64,000 nt of DNA from Candidatus Kapaibacterium sp. (lineage in GTDB: Bacteria > Bacteroidota > Ignavibacteria > Kapaibacteriales > UBA2268), in the NCBI GenBank assembly GCA_963665665.1, contig OY762428.1, positions 1,344,001 through 1,408,000 on the forward strand. The letters are read 5' to 3'. Below are positions 30,351-40,342 of this stretch, in pieces. The notes under the pieces are model-generated. The model ran no database searches and was not told the DNA's origin. It saw only the letters and a program-made list of their open reading frames with translations. The position numbers were made by a program, and so were the translations under genes. Each line of letters begins with the position of its first letter. Position 1 is the first letter of the stretch.

Positions 30351-31820
30351 CTATTCAATCACAATCATTTCATACGCCGGGGGTTGGCCCGGCATTTCAA
30401 TACCAATTATATAAGTTCCGGGATGATACAAGTTATCCAGGACAAACTGAATACTGTTATCGCCAAGAAAATATGCGCCGAAGCTCTCAATCAGCTCACC
30501 ACGAATTGTATATATTCTTACCTCAGCTCTTCCGCTGAAGTTCCCAGTTGGTTCAATATTTATCTCATCCCCATTTTTGGCAGGGTTGGGAAAAACGCTG
30601 AATTGCTTCTTATATCTTTCATCATATTGCAGGACACCGTTGCCATCTGGGAAGTATGAAGCTATCCAGTCGTTCAGCATGCAGAAAACATTATCAGGTG
30701 AATAGCCTTTCAGGCAGTCCATACCTGTCCAGTAATCTATTGATGTATATTCCCCATTGCTGATGTCTTTATCGAAATGCTGAATAGTCCAGGTTTTACC
30801 GGCATCCGTAGTGTGATAAAAATATTGGTAACTGATTCCGGTTAGTTCTGTCTTCTTGGAATAATGTGGATTTGTGATATAGTTCAGGCTGTCCAGATAT
30901 ACAAATTCATCCAGGCCCACACTGTAGGAACTATCTTTCTCGAACAGAAGGTTTTCCCAGCTTTCACCGCCATCGGTTGTGCGGTACAGGACAGAAACAA
31001 GATAATCCGATTCCGGGTATTCAGGGTCTCTTTTCCCTCCCCACATAAACCCGAGATTCTCATCAATAAAATCAATCTGGCGGCATAATACACTATCCGT
31101 ATTTGGATATTCCTCCCAGGTTTTGCCCCGGTCAGTGGATTTCATTAATGAGAAGTTATCAGGCTGAAAATCTCCACCAGTGCCATCCCTGAAATAATCC
31201 AAGTTGTATTTTTGATAATAAAATATATTATTAAACCATTCAATACTATTATATACTAAACTGTCTTTACTAACTATTATGGTATCAATAGTAGCAAAAT
31301 CATCAGATGTTGTGTGAAAATACCCCCGCCATCCAACAAATCCAACAATTCCCTTACCGTCGCCAATCATATTAGCAATTCCGATCCTTTCAGATTTATA
31401 ATTTTCATCACTCCCAAGAGGTACATCAGGCGTCATCTCTTTAACATTCCAGTTATCTCCCCCGTCTGTAGTTTTCAGAAAAAGGCGGGATTCTTTAAAA
31501 AAGAAATACATTACATTGTCATCTACAACATACATATCAATTGGTTGATCAATATATTCCCCCGGATACCCCTGATAGCTTTTTCCAAAACCATTCTTTA
31601 TTCTCAATGCATTCGTCCAACTTTTACCTTTGTCAGAAGTTTTCATTATCGTAAGATATTTCGAATCAGACATTCCTTCATCCCAGAAAAAAAGATCACC
31701 ATCAGGAGTGACATTCAGTGTCCTCATATAAATAGCATTCAAAAAACCTGTTATTCGCCATTCACCGTAGCAAAGGGTTATGGGAATAAAAATCAATATC
31801 AGGGTTAGTATCTTTTTCAT
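30351..31820 (-). CDS. Family A (A7) BNR propeller + T9SS CTD
   Basis: Paralog; start taken at MKKILTL. Confidence 0.85.
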   Translation of the reverse strand: MKKILTLILIFIPITLCYGEWRITGFLNAIYMRTLNVTPDGDLFFWDEGMSDSKYLTIMKTSDKGKSWTNALRIKNGFGKSYQGYPGEYIDQPIDMYVVDDNVMYFFFKESRLFLKTTDGGDNWNVKEMTPDVPLGSDENYKSERIGIANMIGDGKGIVGFVGWRGYFHTTSDDFATIDTIIVSKDSLVYNSIEWFNNIFYYQKYNLDYFRDGTGGDFQPDNFSLMKSTDRGKTWEEYPNTDSVLCRQIDFIDENLGFMWGGKRDPEYPESDYLVSVLYRTTDGGESWENLLFEKDSSYSVGLDEFVYLDSLNYITNPHYSKKTELTGISYQYFYHTTDAGKTWTIQHFDKDISNGEYTSIDYWTGMDCLKGYSPDNVFCMLNDWIASYFPDGNGVLQYDERYKKQFSVFPNPAKNGDEINIEPTGNFSGRAEVRIYTIRGELIESFGAYFLGDNSIQFVLDNLYHPGTYIIGIEMPGQPPAYEMIVIE

Positions 31821-31830
31821 AAACAAACAC

Positions 31831-33300
31831 CTATTCAATCACAATAATTTCATACGCCGGGGGCTGGCCCTGCATTTCAATACCTATTACATAAGTTCCG
31901 GGAGGATAAAAGTTATCCAGGACAAACTGAATACTGTTACCGCCAAGGAGATATGCGGCGAAGCTCTCAATTATTTCGCCACGGATTGTATATATTTTAA
32001 CTTCAGCTCTTCCGTTGAAATTACCGGTTGGTTCAATATTTATCTCTTCACCTGTTTTTGCAGGGTTGGGATAAAGGTTGAACTTCTTCTCATATCTTTC
32101 ATCATATTGCAGGACACCGTTGCCGTCTGGGAAGTAAGAGGCTATCCAGTCGTTCAGCATACAGAAGACATTATCAGGAGAATAGCCTTTCAGGCAGTCC
32201 ATACCTGTCCAGTAATCTATTGATGTGTATTCCCCATTGCTGATGTCTTTATCGAAATGCTGAATAGTCCAGGTTTTGCCTGCATCCGTAGTGTGATAAA
32301 AATATTGATAGCTGATTCCGGTCAGTTCGGTCTTTTTTGAATAATGCGGATTTGTGATATAGTTCAGGCTGTCCAGATATACAAATTCATCCAGGCCCAC
32401 ACTATATGAACTATCCTTTTCGAACAGAAGGTTTTCCCAGCTCTCGCCACCATCGGTGGTTCGGTACAGGACAGAAACAAGATAATTCGATTCCGGGAAT
32501 TCGGGGTCTCTTTTCCCTCCCCACATAAAGCCAAGATTCTCATCAATAAAATCTATCTGCCGGCATAATACACTATCCGTATTGGGATATTCCTTCCAGG
32601 TTTTTCCCCTGTCAGTGGATTTCATTAATGAGAAGTTATCAGGCTGAAAATCTCCACCAGTGCCATCCCTGAAATAATCCAAGTTGTATTTTTGAAGTAT
32701 GAATGTATTGTCAAACCAAGAATAACTATTAAATATTACCGTATCTTCAGAGATTTGTACCTTTTCAAATGATTGAAATTCATCATTAGTTGTATAAAAC
32801 CAACCTAAAGAATTATTAAATCGAAACATAGCTTTAGCTGAATCGATTATTGTCATATTTATTAATCTTTCAGATTTGTAATTATCTTCACTGCCAAGAG
32901 GCACATCAGGCGTCATTTCTTTTACATTCCAGTTATCACCGCCGTCTGTGGTTTTCAGGAACAGCCGGGATTCTTTAAAAAAGAAATACATTACATTGTC
33001 ATCTACAACATACATATCAATTGGTTGATCCAAATAAAGGGCAGGATAGCCCTGAAGGCTGTCTCCCATTGAAGTTTTATACTTTAAAACAATTCGCCAG
33101 CTTTTACCTTTATCCCATGTTTTTGATATTTCGAAATAGCTATGGTTTGACCAATATTCATCCCAGAAAAAGAGGTCTCCGTCTGGGGTTACGTTTAGGG
33201 TTCTCATATATACTGCGCTGAGATATCCTGTTATTCTCCATTCACCCGCTTGTACCATACTTGGTAAAACTAATATTACAAGTAGTAGCATTCTTTTCAA
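31831..33300 (-). CDS. Family A (A6) BNR propeller + T9SS CTD
   Basis: Paralog of 23310. Confidence 0.85.
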   Translation of the reverse strand: MKRMLLLVILVLPSMVQAGEWRITGYLSAVYMRTLNVTPDGDLFFWDEYWSNHSYFEISKTWDKGKSWRIVLKYKTSMGDSLQGYPALYLDQPIDMYVVDDNVMYFFFKESRLFLKTTDGGDNWNVKEMTPDVPLGSEDNYKSERLINMTIIDSAKAMFRFNNSLGWFYTTNDEFQSFEKVQISEDTVIFNSYSWFDNTFILQKYNLDYFRDGTGGDFQPDNFSLMKSTDRGKTWKEYPNTDSVLCRQIDFIDENLGFMWGGKRDPEFPESNYLVSVLYRTTDGGESWENLLFEKDSSYSVGLDEFVYLDSLNYITNPHYSKKTELTGISYQYFYHTTDAGKTWTIQHFDKDISNGEYTSIDYWTGMDCLKGYSPDNVFCMLNDWIASYFPDGNGVLQYDERYEKKFNLYPNPAKTGEEINIEPTGNFNGRAEVKIYTIRGEIIESFAAYLLGGNSIQFVLDNFYPPGTYVIGIEMQGQPPAYEIIVIE

Positions 33301-33368
33301 TTTCTATCCCTTAGTAAAGTGTTTTTAAAATTGAGGCCAGCCCAATTTATGAGCTAGCCCTGTAATAT

Positions 33369-34553
33369 CTATGGAACTAATAAAAATTTGCCCCTAACAA
33401 GAATAGTTATATCGTTTTTCAGAACATAAAAATATGTTCCGCTGACAAAATAACTCATATCAATTTCAAATACATCAGGGGATTCAGTTAGCCTTTTATC
33501 AATTATCATGATGCCTTCAGAACTATAAATTGACAACTGATCAATATTGCCAGAAACGCTGCTTAAATTGAATTTAATTTTACCGTCCGTAGGATTTGGA
33601 TAGATTAACATTCCATCAATATTTGAATCATTGCAATTTTCTTCAATATCATTTATTTTTCCTGATTCTTCTTCAAAATTTAACAGGGCATAGCACCTGT
33701 CATAGCATTCGTGTAATTCATCACATGGTTCAGCTGAACTCCGTGAAATATCTCCGACTCTTTTAAAAGTTGTATTCTCAGGAATATAATTTCTTTCAAA
33801 ATCATACCCCCAGTTTATTTCCAAACTTATCTGGCAGCAGGCTGTACTAAGGCATTTTCTATAAACTGTACTGAATGAAACCAAATCATTATCTGCTATT
33901 TCATCCTTGTTATTTTTCTTTAATTTTAGGGTTTCGAATAGTGGAAATGATATACCGTCACCTCCGACAGATGCTAAAGTCCTGAAATATGATCTGTCAG
34001 TTGTCATTGAAATATTATCCCCGGTCCAGCAAGAAGCAATTGATGCACCATAAAAGTTTCCGGACTTTGGTATTCCATTTGGATCGCTTGGCAGCAATCC
34101 CTTTGACCTTAACTCTTCAAAACAGGCTTTAGTTGCAATTTCAACAAGATCTTCAAAATCAGGAATATTGCAGGGACAATCTTCGGGATCGGGAAGATAG
34201 AACTGGGTAATTTGAACTTCCGTGTAATTAGTTGTATTAGTCCTCCAATCAGCATCAAAACCAATCTCACAAGAATATTCAATATTATCAATTTCACATT
34301 CTAGTTTTATCATTGGATAGTTATACTCATGTATATATTGAACAACCAATCCTCCTTCAATCTCAACTATTCTGTAATATTCAGCAGTTATTTCGTAAAA
34401 TGGATGCCAGACACCAACATTTGATACACCTTCAGGTAATCCGGGATCACAAGGTGCATCAGGCTCAAATGGTATATGGACATCTGTATATTGTCCATTT
34501 GCAAATGAATTTAATAAAACAAAAAACAATATAAACAAGAATGATTTCTTCAT
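33369..34553 (-). CDS. Family B (B3) Cys-rich + T9SS CTD
   Basis: Paralog of 24848. Confidence 0.85.
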   Translation of the reverse strand: MKKSFLFILFFVLLNSFANGQYTDVHIPFEPDAPCDPGLPEGVSNVGVWHPFYEITAEYYRIVEIEGGLVVQYIHEYNYPMIKLECEIDNIEYSCEIGFDADWRTNTTNYTEVQITQFYLPDPEDCPCNIPDFEDLVEIATKACFEELRSKGLLPSDPNGIPKSGNFYGASIASCWTGDNISMTTDRSYFRTLASVGGDGISFPLFETLKLKKNNKDEIADNDLVSFSTVYRKCLSTACCQISLEINWGYDFERNYIPENTTFKRVGDISRSSAEPCDELHECYDRCYALLNFEEESGKINDIEENCNDSNIDGMLIYPNPTDGKIKFNLSSVSGNIDQLSIYSSEGIMIIDKRLTESPDVFEIDMSYFVSGTYFYVLKNDITILVRGKFLLVP

Positions 34554-34609
34554 CTCATTTCTCCTTAATTTGGTTAGGGATAGTTTTTTTATTTCTCATA
34601 ATTAAATAC

Positions 34610-36076
34610 CTATTCAATCACAATAATTTCATACGCCGGGGGATGGTCCGGCATTTCAATATCAACTACATAAGTTCCGGGAGGATAATCACTGCCCGCG
34701 ATAAATTGAATGCTGTTACCACAAAAGAAATATGCACCGAAGCTCTCAATCAACTCACCTCGGATTGTATATATTTTTACATCAGCTCTTCCAGTGATGT
34801 TGCCGATTGGTTCAATATTTATCTCTTCACCTGTTTTGGCAGGATTGGGATAAACGCTGAATTGATTTTCATATCTTTCATCATATTGCAGGACTCCGTT
34901 GCCGTCAGGAAAGTATGAGGCTATCCAGTCGTTCAGCATACAGAATACATTATCAGGTGAATAGCCTTTCAGGCAGTCCATACCTGTCCAGTAATCTATT
35001 GATGTGTATTCCCCATTGCTGATATCTTTATCGAAATGCTGAATAGTCCAGGTTTTACCTGCATCCGTCGTATGATAAAAATATTGGTAACTGATTCCGG
35101 TTAGTTCTGTCTTCTTGGAATAATGTGGATTTGTGATATAGTTCAGGCTGTCCAGATATACAAATTCATCCAGGCCCACACTGTAGGAACTATCTTTCTC
35201 GAACAGGAGGTTTTCCCAGCTTTCACCGCCATCGGTGGTTCGGTACAGGACAGAAACAAGATAATTCGATTCCGGGTATTCAGGATCTCTTTTTCCTCCC
35301 CACATAAAGCCAAGATTCTCATCAATAAAATCTATCTGCCGGCATAATACACTATCCGTATTGGGATATTCCTTCCAGGTTTTGCCTCGGTCAGTGGATT
35401 TATACAAAGAATAATAATCTGGCTTATAGTATTTACTTGCAGATTGATGATAATCTAATTTATATTTTTGCACTATAAATGTATCATCAAACCATTCTAT
35501 GCTATTATAAGCCACGCTGTCTTTACTGACAATTATTGTATCAATGGTAGCAAAATCATCATATGTAGTATGGAAATAACCCCGCCAACCTACGAATCCA
35601 ACAATTCCCTTACCGTCGCCAATCATATTAGCAATTCCGATCCTTTCGGCTTTATAATTCTCTTCACTGCCAAGAGGCACATCAGGCGTCATTTCCTTCA
35701 CATTCCAGTTATCTCCGCCGTCTGTGGTTTTCAGAAAAAGGCGGGATTCTTTAAAAAAGAAATATATTACATTGTCATCTACAACATACATATCAATTGG
35801 CCTGTTTAAATACTCGCAAGGATAGCCTTGGAGTGAATCTCCCATCTCATCCTTATACTTTAAAACAGATCTCCAGTTCTCACCCTTGTTCCATGTTTTA
35901 AAAATTTCAAAATAACTATGATTCGACCAATATTCATCCCAGAAAAAGAGGTCTCCGTCTGGGGTTACGTTCAGGGTTCTCATATATACAGCTTTCAAAT
36001 AGCCTGTTATCCTCCATTCGCCCGCTTGTACCATAATGGGTAAAAATAATATTACAAGTATTAGAATTCTTTTCAA
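34610..36076 (-). CDS. Family A (A5) BNR propeller + T9SS CTD
   Basis: Paralog of 23310. Confidence 0.85.
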   Translation of the reverse strand: MKRILILVILFLPIMVQAGEWRITGYLKAVYMRTLNVTPDGDLFFWDEYWSNHSYFEIFKTWNKGENWRSVLKYKDEMGDSLQGYPCEYLNRPIDMYVVDDNVIYFFFKESRLFLKTTDGGDNWNVKEMTPDVPLGSEENYKAERIGIANMIGDGKGIVGFVGWRGYFHTTYDDFATIDTIIVSKDSVAYNSIEWFDDTFIVQKYKLDYHQSASKYYKPDYYSLYKSTDRGKTWKEYPNTDSVLCRQIDFIDENLGFMWGGKRDPEYPESNYLVSVLYRTTDGGESWENLLFEKDSSYSVGLDEFVYLDSLNYITNPHYSKKTELTGISYQYFYHTTDAGKTWTIQHFDKDISNGEYTSIDYWTGMDCLKGYSPDNVFCMLNDWIASYFPDGNGVLQYDERYENQFSVYPNPAKTGEEINIEPIGNITGRADVKIYTIRGELIESFGAYFFCGNSIQFIAGSDYPPGTYVVDIEMPDHPPAYEIIVIE

Positions 36077-36145
36077 TTTCTATACCTTAATCAGTTGTTT
36101 TATAAAATTTAGGCCAGCCCAATTTATGAGCCAGCCCTGTAATAT

Positions 36146-37330
36146 CTAAGGAACTAATAAAAATTTGCCACTATCAATAATAGTTATATCGTTTTTCAGA
36201 ATATAAAAATAAGTTCCACTAACGAAATAACTCAAATCAATTTCAAATACACCAGAGGATTCAGTTAGACTTTTTTCTATTATAATGATGCCTTCAGAAC
36301 TGTAAATTGACAACTGATCAACATTCCCAGAGACGCTGCTTAAATTGAATTTTATTTTACCATCCGTAGGATTCGGATAGATTAACATTCCATTAAAATC
36401 TGCATCATTTGTAGTTTCCTCTTTATCATTTATTTTACCTGATTCCTCTTCAAAATTTAACAGGGCATAGCACCTGTCATAGCATTCGTGTAATTCATCA
36501 CATGGTTCAGCTGAACTCCGTGAAATATCTCCGACTCTTTTATAAGTTGTATTCTCTTGTATATAGTTATCATAATCGTCATACCCCCAGGTAATTTCCA
36601 AACTTATCTGGCAGCAGGCTGTACTCAGGCATTTTCTATAAACTGTACTGAATGAAACCAATTCATTATCTGCGGTTTTATCCTTGTTATTTTTCTTTAT
36701 TGTTCGTGTTTCGAATAATGGAAATGTTATCCCCTCGCCCCCGACAGATGCTAAAGTCCTGAAATATGATCTGTCAGTTGTCATTGAGATATTATCTCCG
36801 GTCCAGCAAGAAGCAATTGATGCGCCATAAAAGTTTCCGGACTTTGGTATTCCATTTGGATCGCTTGGCAGCAATCCCTTTGACCTTAACTCTTCAAAAC
36901 AGGCTTTAGTTGCAATTTCTACAAGATCTTCAAATTCTGGAATATCACACTCACATTCTTCTTCATCCGGAAGAAATATTTGGGTTATTTGCACTTCAGT
37001 GTAATTAGTAGTATTTGTTCTCCAATTAGCATCAAATGCAATTTCACATTGATAATTAATACCATTAACAGTACAATTAATTAAAATTGATGGATAAATA
37101 TACTCTCGAATATGTTGAACAACCAATCCTCCTTCAATCTCAACTATTCTGTAATATTCAGCTGTTATTTCGTAAAATGGCTGCCAGACACCAACATTTG
37201 ATACACCTTCAGGTAATCCGGGATCACAAGGTGCATCAGGCTCAAATGGTATATGGACATCTGTATATTGTCCATTTGCAAATGAATTTAATAAAACAAA
37301 AAGCAATATAAACATGAATGATTTCTTCAT
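36146..37330 (-). CDS. Family B (B2) Cys-rich + T9SS CTD
   Basis: Paralog; mature N-terminal two thirds identical to B5. Confidence 0.85.
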   Translation of the reverse strand: MKKSFMFILLFVLLNSFANGQYTDVHIPFEPDAPCDPGLPEGVSNVGVWQPFYEITAEYYRIVEIEGGLVVQHIREYIYPSILINCTVNGINYQCEIAFDANWRTNTTNYTEVQITQIFLPDEEECECDIPEFEDLVEIATKACFEELRSKGLLPSDPNGIPKSGNFYGASIASCWTGDNISMTTDRSYFRTLASVGGEGITFPLFETRTIKKNNKDKTADNELVSFSTVYRKCLSTACCQISLEITWGYDDYDNYIQENTTYKRVGDISRSSAEPCDELHECYDRCYALLNFEEESGKINDKEETTNDADFNGMLIYPNPTDGKIKFNLSSVSGNVDQLSIYSSEGIIIIEKSLTESSGVFEIDLSYFVSGTYFYILKNDITIIDSGKFLLVP

Positions 37331-37386
37331 CTCATTTCTCCTTAATTTGGTTAGGGTTAGTATTTTTATTTCTCATAATTAAATAC

Positions 37387-38853
37387 CTATTCAATCACAA
37401 TAATTTCATACGCCGGGGGTTGGCCCGGCATTTCAATACCAATTATATAAGTTCCGGGATGATACAAGTTATCCAGGACAAACTGCATACTGTTATCGCC
37501 AAGGAAATATGCGCCGAAGCTCTCCATAAGCTCACCTCGTATTGTATATATTTTTATCTCAGCCCTTACGCTGATGTTTCCGGTTGGTTCAATATTTATC
37601 ACTTCACCTGTTTTGGCAGGGTTGGGATAAAGGTTGAACTTCTTCTCATATCTTTCATCATATTGCAGGACACCATTGCCATCGGGAAAGTATGAGGCTA
37701 TCCAGTCGTTCAGCATACAGAATACATTATCCGGGGAATAGCCTTTCAGGCAGTCCATACCTGTCCAGTAATCTATAGATGTATATTCCCCATTGCTGAT
37801 GTCTTTATCGAAATGCTGAATAGTCCAGGTTTTGCCTGCATCCGTAGTGTGATAAAAATATTGATAGCTTATTCCGGTCAGTTCTGTCTTCTTGGAATAA
37901 TGCGGATTTGTGATATAGTTCAGGCTGTCCAGATATACAAATTCATCCAGGCCCACACTGTAGGAACTATCCTTCTCGAACAGGAGGTTTTCCCAGCTTT
38001 CGCCTCCATCGGTGGTTCTGTACAGAACAGAAACAAGATAATCAGATTCCGGGTATTCGGGATCTCTTTTGCCTCCCCACATAAACCCGAGATTCTCATC
38101 AATAAAATCAATCTGGCGACATAATACGCTATCGGTATTGGGATATTCATTCCAGGTTTTTCCCCTGTCTGTGGACTTATACAAAGAAAAATAATCGGGC
38201 TTAAAGTATTTACTCGCAGATTGATGATACTCTAATTTATATTTTTGCACTATAAATGTATCATCAAACCATTCTATGCTATTATAAGCCACGCTGTCTT
38301 TACTGACAATTATTGTATCAATGGTAGCAAAATCATCAGATGTAGTATGGAAATAACCCCGCCATCCAACAAATCCAACAATTCCCTTACCATCGCCAAT
38401 CATATTAGCTATTCCGATCCTTTCGGCTTTATAATTCTCTTCACTGCCAAGAGGCACATCAGGCGTCATTTCCTTCACATTCCAGTTATCCCCGCCGTCT
38501 GTAGTTTTCAGAAAAAGGCGGGATTCTTTAAAAAAGAAATATATTACATTGTCATCTACAACATACATATCAATTGGTTGATCAATATATTCCCCTGGAT
38601 AACCCTGATAGCTTTTTCCAAAACCATTCTTTATTCTCAATGCATTCGTCCAACTTTTACCTTTGTCAGAAGTTTTCATTATCGTAAGATATTTCGAATC
38701 AGACATTCCTTCATCCCAGAAAAATAGATCACCATCAGGAGTGACATTTAATGTCCTCATATATATTGCATTCAAAAAACCTGTTATCCGCCATTCACCG
38801 GAATAGAGAGATAGCGGGATAAAAATCATTATCAAGAGTAGTATCTTTTTCAT
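37387..38853 (-). CDS. Family A (A4) BNR propeller + T9SS CTD
   Basis: Paralog; start taken at MKKILLL. Confidence 0.85.
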   Translation of the reverse strand: MKKILLLIMIFIPLSLYSGEWRITGFLNAIYMRTLNVTPDGDLFFWDEGMSDSKYLTIMKTSDKGKSWTNALRIKNGFGKSYQGYPGEYIDQPIDMYVVDDNVIYFFFKESRLFLKTTDGGDNWNVKEMTPDVPLGSEENYKAERIGIANMIGDGKGIVGFVGWRGYFHTTSDDFATIDTIIVSKDSVAYNSIEWFDDTFIVQKYKLEYHQSASKYFKPDYFSLYKSTDRGKTWNEYPNTDSVLCRQIDFIDENLGFMWGGKRDPEYPESDYLVSVLYRTTDGGESWENLLFEKDSSYSVGLDEFVYLDSLNYITNPHYSKKTELTGISYQYFYHTTDAGKTWTIQHFDKDISNGEYTSIDYWTGMDCLKGYSPDNVFCMLNDWIASYFPDGNGVLQYDERYEKKFNLYPNPAKTGEVINIEPTGNISVRAEIKIYTIRGELMESFGAYFLGDNSMQFVLDNLYHPGTYIIGIEMPGQPPAYEIIVIE

Positions 38854-38862
38854 AATAAACAC

Positions 38863-40332
38863 CTATTCAATCACAATAATTTCATACGCCGGGGGTTGGC
38901 CCGGCATTTCAATACCAACTACATACGTTCCGGGAGTATACGAGTTATCCGGGACAAACTGGATACTGTTTCCACCAAGGAGATATGCGGCGAAGCTCTC
39001 AATTATTTCGCCACGAATTGTATATATTTTTACCTCAGCTCTTCCGTTAATATTCATGGTTGGTTCAATATTTATCTCATCCCCAGTTTTGGCAGGGTTT
39101 GGATAAATATTAAATTGCTTCTCATATCTTTCATCATATTGCAGGACTCCGTTGCCTTCTGGGAAGTATGAGGCTATCCAGTCGTTCAGCATACAGAAGA
39201 CATTATCAGGAGAATAGCCTTTCAGGCAGTCCATACCTGTCCAGTAATCTATTGATGTGTATTCCCCATTGCTGATGTCTTTATCGAAATGCTGAATAGT
39301 CCAGGTTTTGCCTGCATCCGTAGTGTGATAAAAATATTGATAGCTGATTCCGGTCAGTTCGGTCTTTTTTGAATAATGCGGATTTGTGATATAGTTCAGG
39401 CTGTCCAGATATACAAATTCATCCAGGCCCACACTATATGAACTATCCTTTTCGAACAGAAGGTTTTCCCAGCTCTCGCCACCATCGGTGGTTCGGTACA
39501 GGACAGAAACAAGATAATTCGATTCCGGGTCTTCAGGGTCTCTTTTTCCTCCCCACATAAACCCGAGATTCTCATCAATAAAATCTATCTGGCGGCATAA
39601 TATACTATCGGTATTAGGATATTCCTTCCAGGTTTTGCCACGATCAGTGGATTTCATTAATGAGAAGTTATCAGGCTGAAAATCTCCACCAGTGCCATCC
39701 CTGAAATAATCCAAGTTGTATTTTTGAAGTATGAATGTATTGTCAAACCAAGAATAACTATTAAATATTACCGTATCTTTAGAGATTTGTACCTTTTCAA
39801 ATGATTGAAACTCATCATTAGTTGTATAAAACCAACCTAAAGAATTATTAAATCGAAACATTGCTTTAGCTGAATCGATTATTGTCATATTTATTAATCT
39901 TTCAGATTTGTAATTATCTTCACTACCAAGAGGTACTTCATGCGTCATTTCCTTTACTTTCCAGTTATCTCCGCCGTCTGTAGTTTTCAGAAAAAGGCGG
40001 GATTCTTTGAAAAAGAAATACATTACATTGTCATCTACAACATACATATCGATAGGCCTGTTTAAATACTCGCATGGATAACCTTGGAGTGAATCTCCCA
40101 TCTCATCCTTATACTTTAAAACAGATCGCCAGTTTTCGCCCTTATTCCATGTTTTAAAAATTTCAAAATAACTATGGCTTGACCAATATTCATCCCAGAA
40201 AAAGAGGTCTCCGTCAGGAGTTACATTTAGAGTTCTCATATATACAGCTTTTAAATAGCCTGTTATTCGCCATTCGCCGGAGCTAAGGGTTATGGGAATA
40301 AAAATCAATATCAGGGTTAGTATCTTTCTCAT
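38863..40332 (-). CDS. Family A (A3) BNR propeller + T9SS CTD
   Basis: Paralog; start taken at MRKILTL. Confidence 0.85.
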   Translation of the reverse strand: MRKILTLILIFIPITLSSGEWRITGYLKAVYMRTLNVTPDGDLFFWDEYWSSHSYFEIFKTWNKGENWRSVLKYKDEMGDSLQGYPCEYLNRPIDMYVVDDNVMYFFFKESRLFLKTTDGGDNWKVKEMTHEVPLGSEDNYKSERLINMTIIDSAKAMFRFNNSLGWFYTTNDEFQSFEKVQISKDTVIFNSYSWFDNTFILQKYNLDYFRDGTGGDFQPDNFSLMKSTDRGKTWKEYPNTDSILCRQIDFIDENLGFMWGGKRDPEDPESNYLVSVLYRTTDGGESWENLLFEKDSSYSVGLDEFVYLDSLNYITNPHYSKKTELTGISYQYFYHTTDAGKTWTIQHFDKDISNGEYTSIDYWTGMDCLKGYSPDNVFCMLNDWIASYFPEGNGVLQYDERYEKQFNIYPNPAKTGDEINIEPTMNINGRAEVKIYTIRGEIIESFAAYLLGGNSIQFVPDNSYTPGTYVVGIEMPGQPPAYEIIVIE

Positions 40333-40342
40333 AATTAAATAC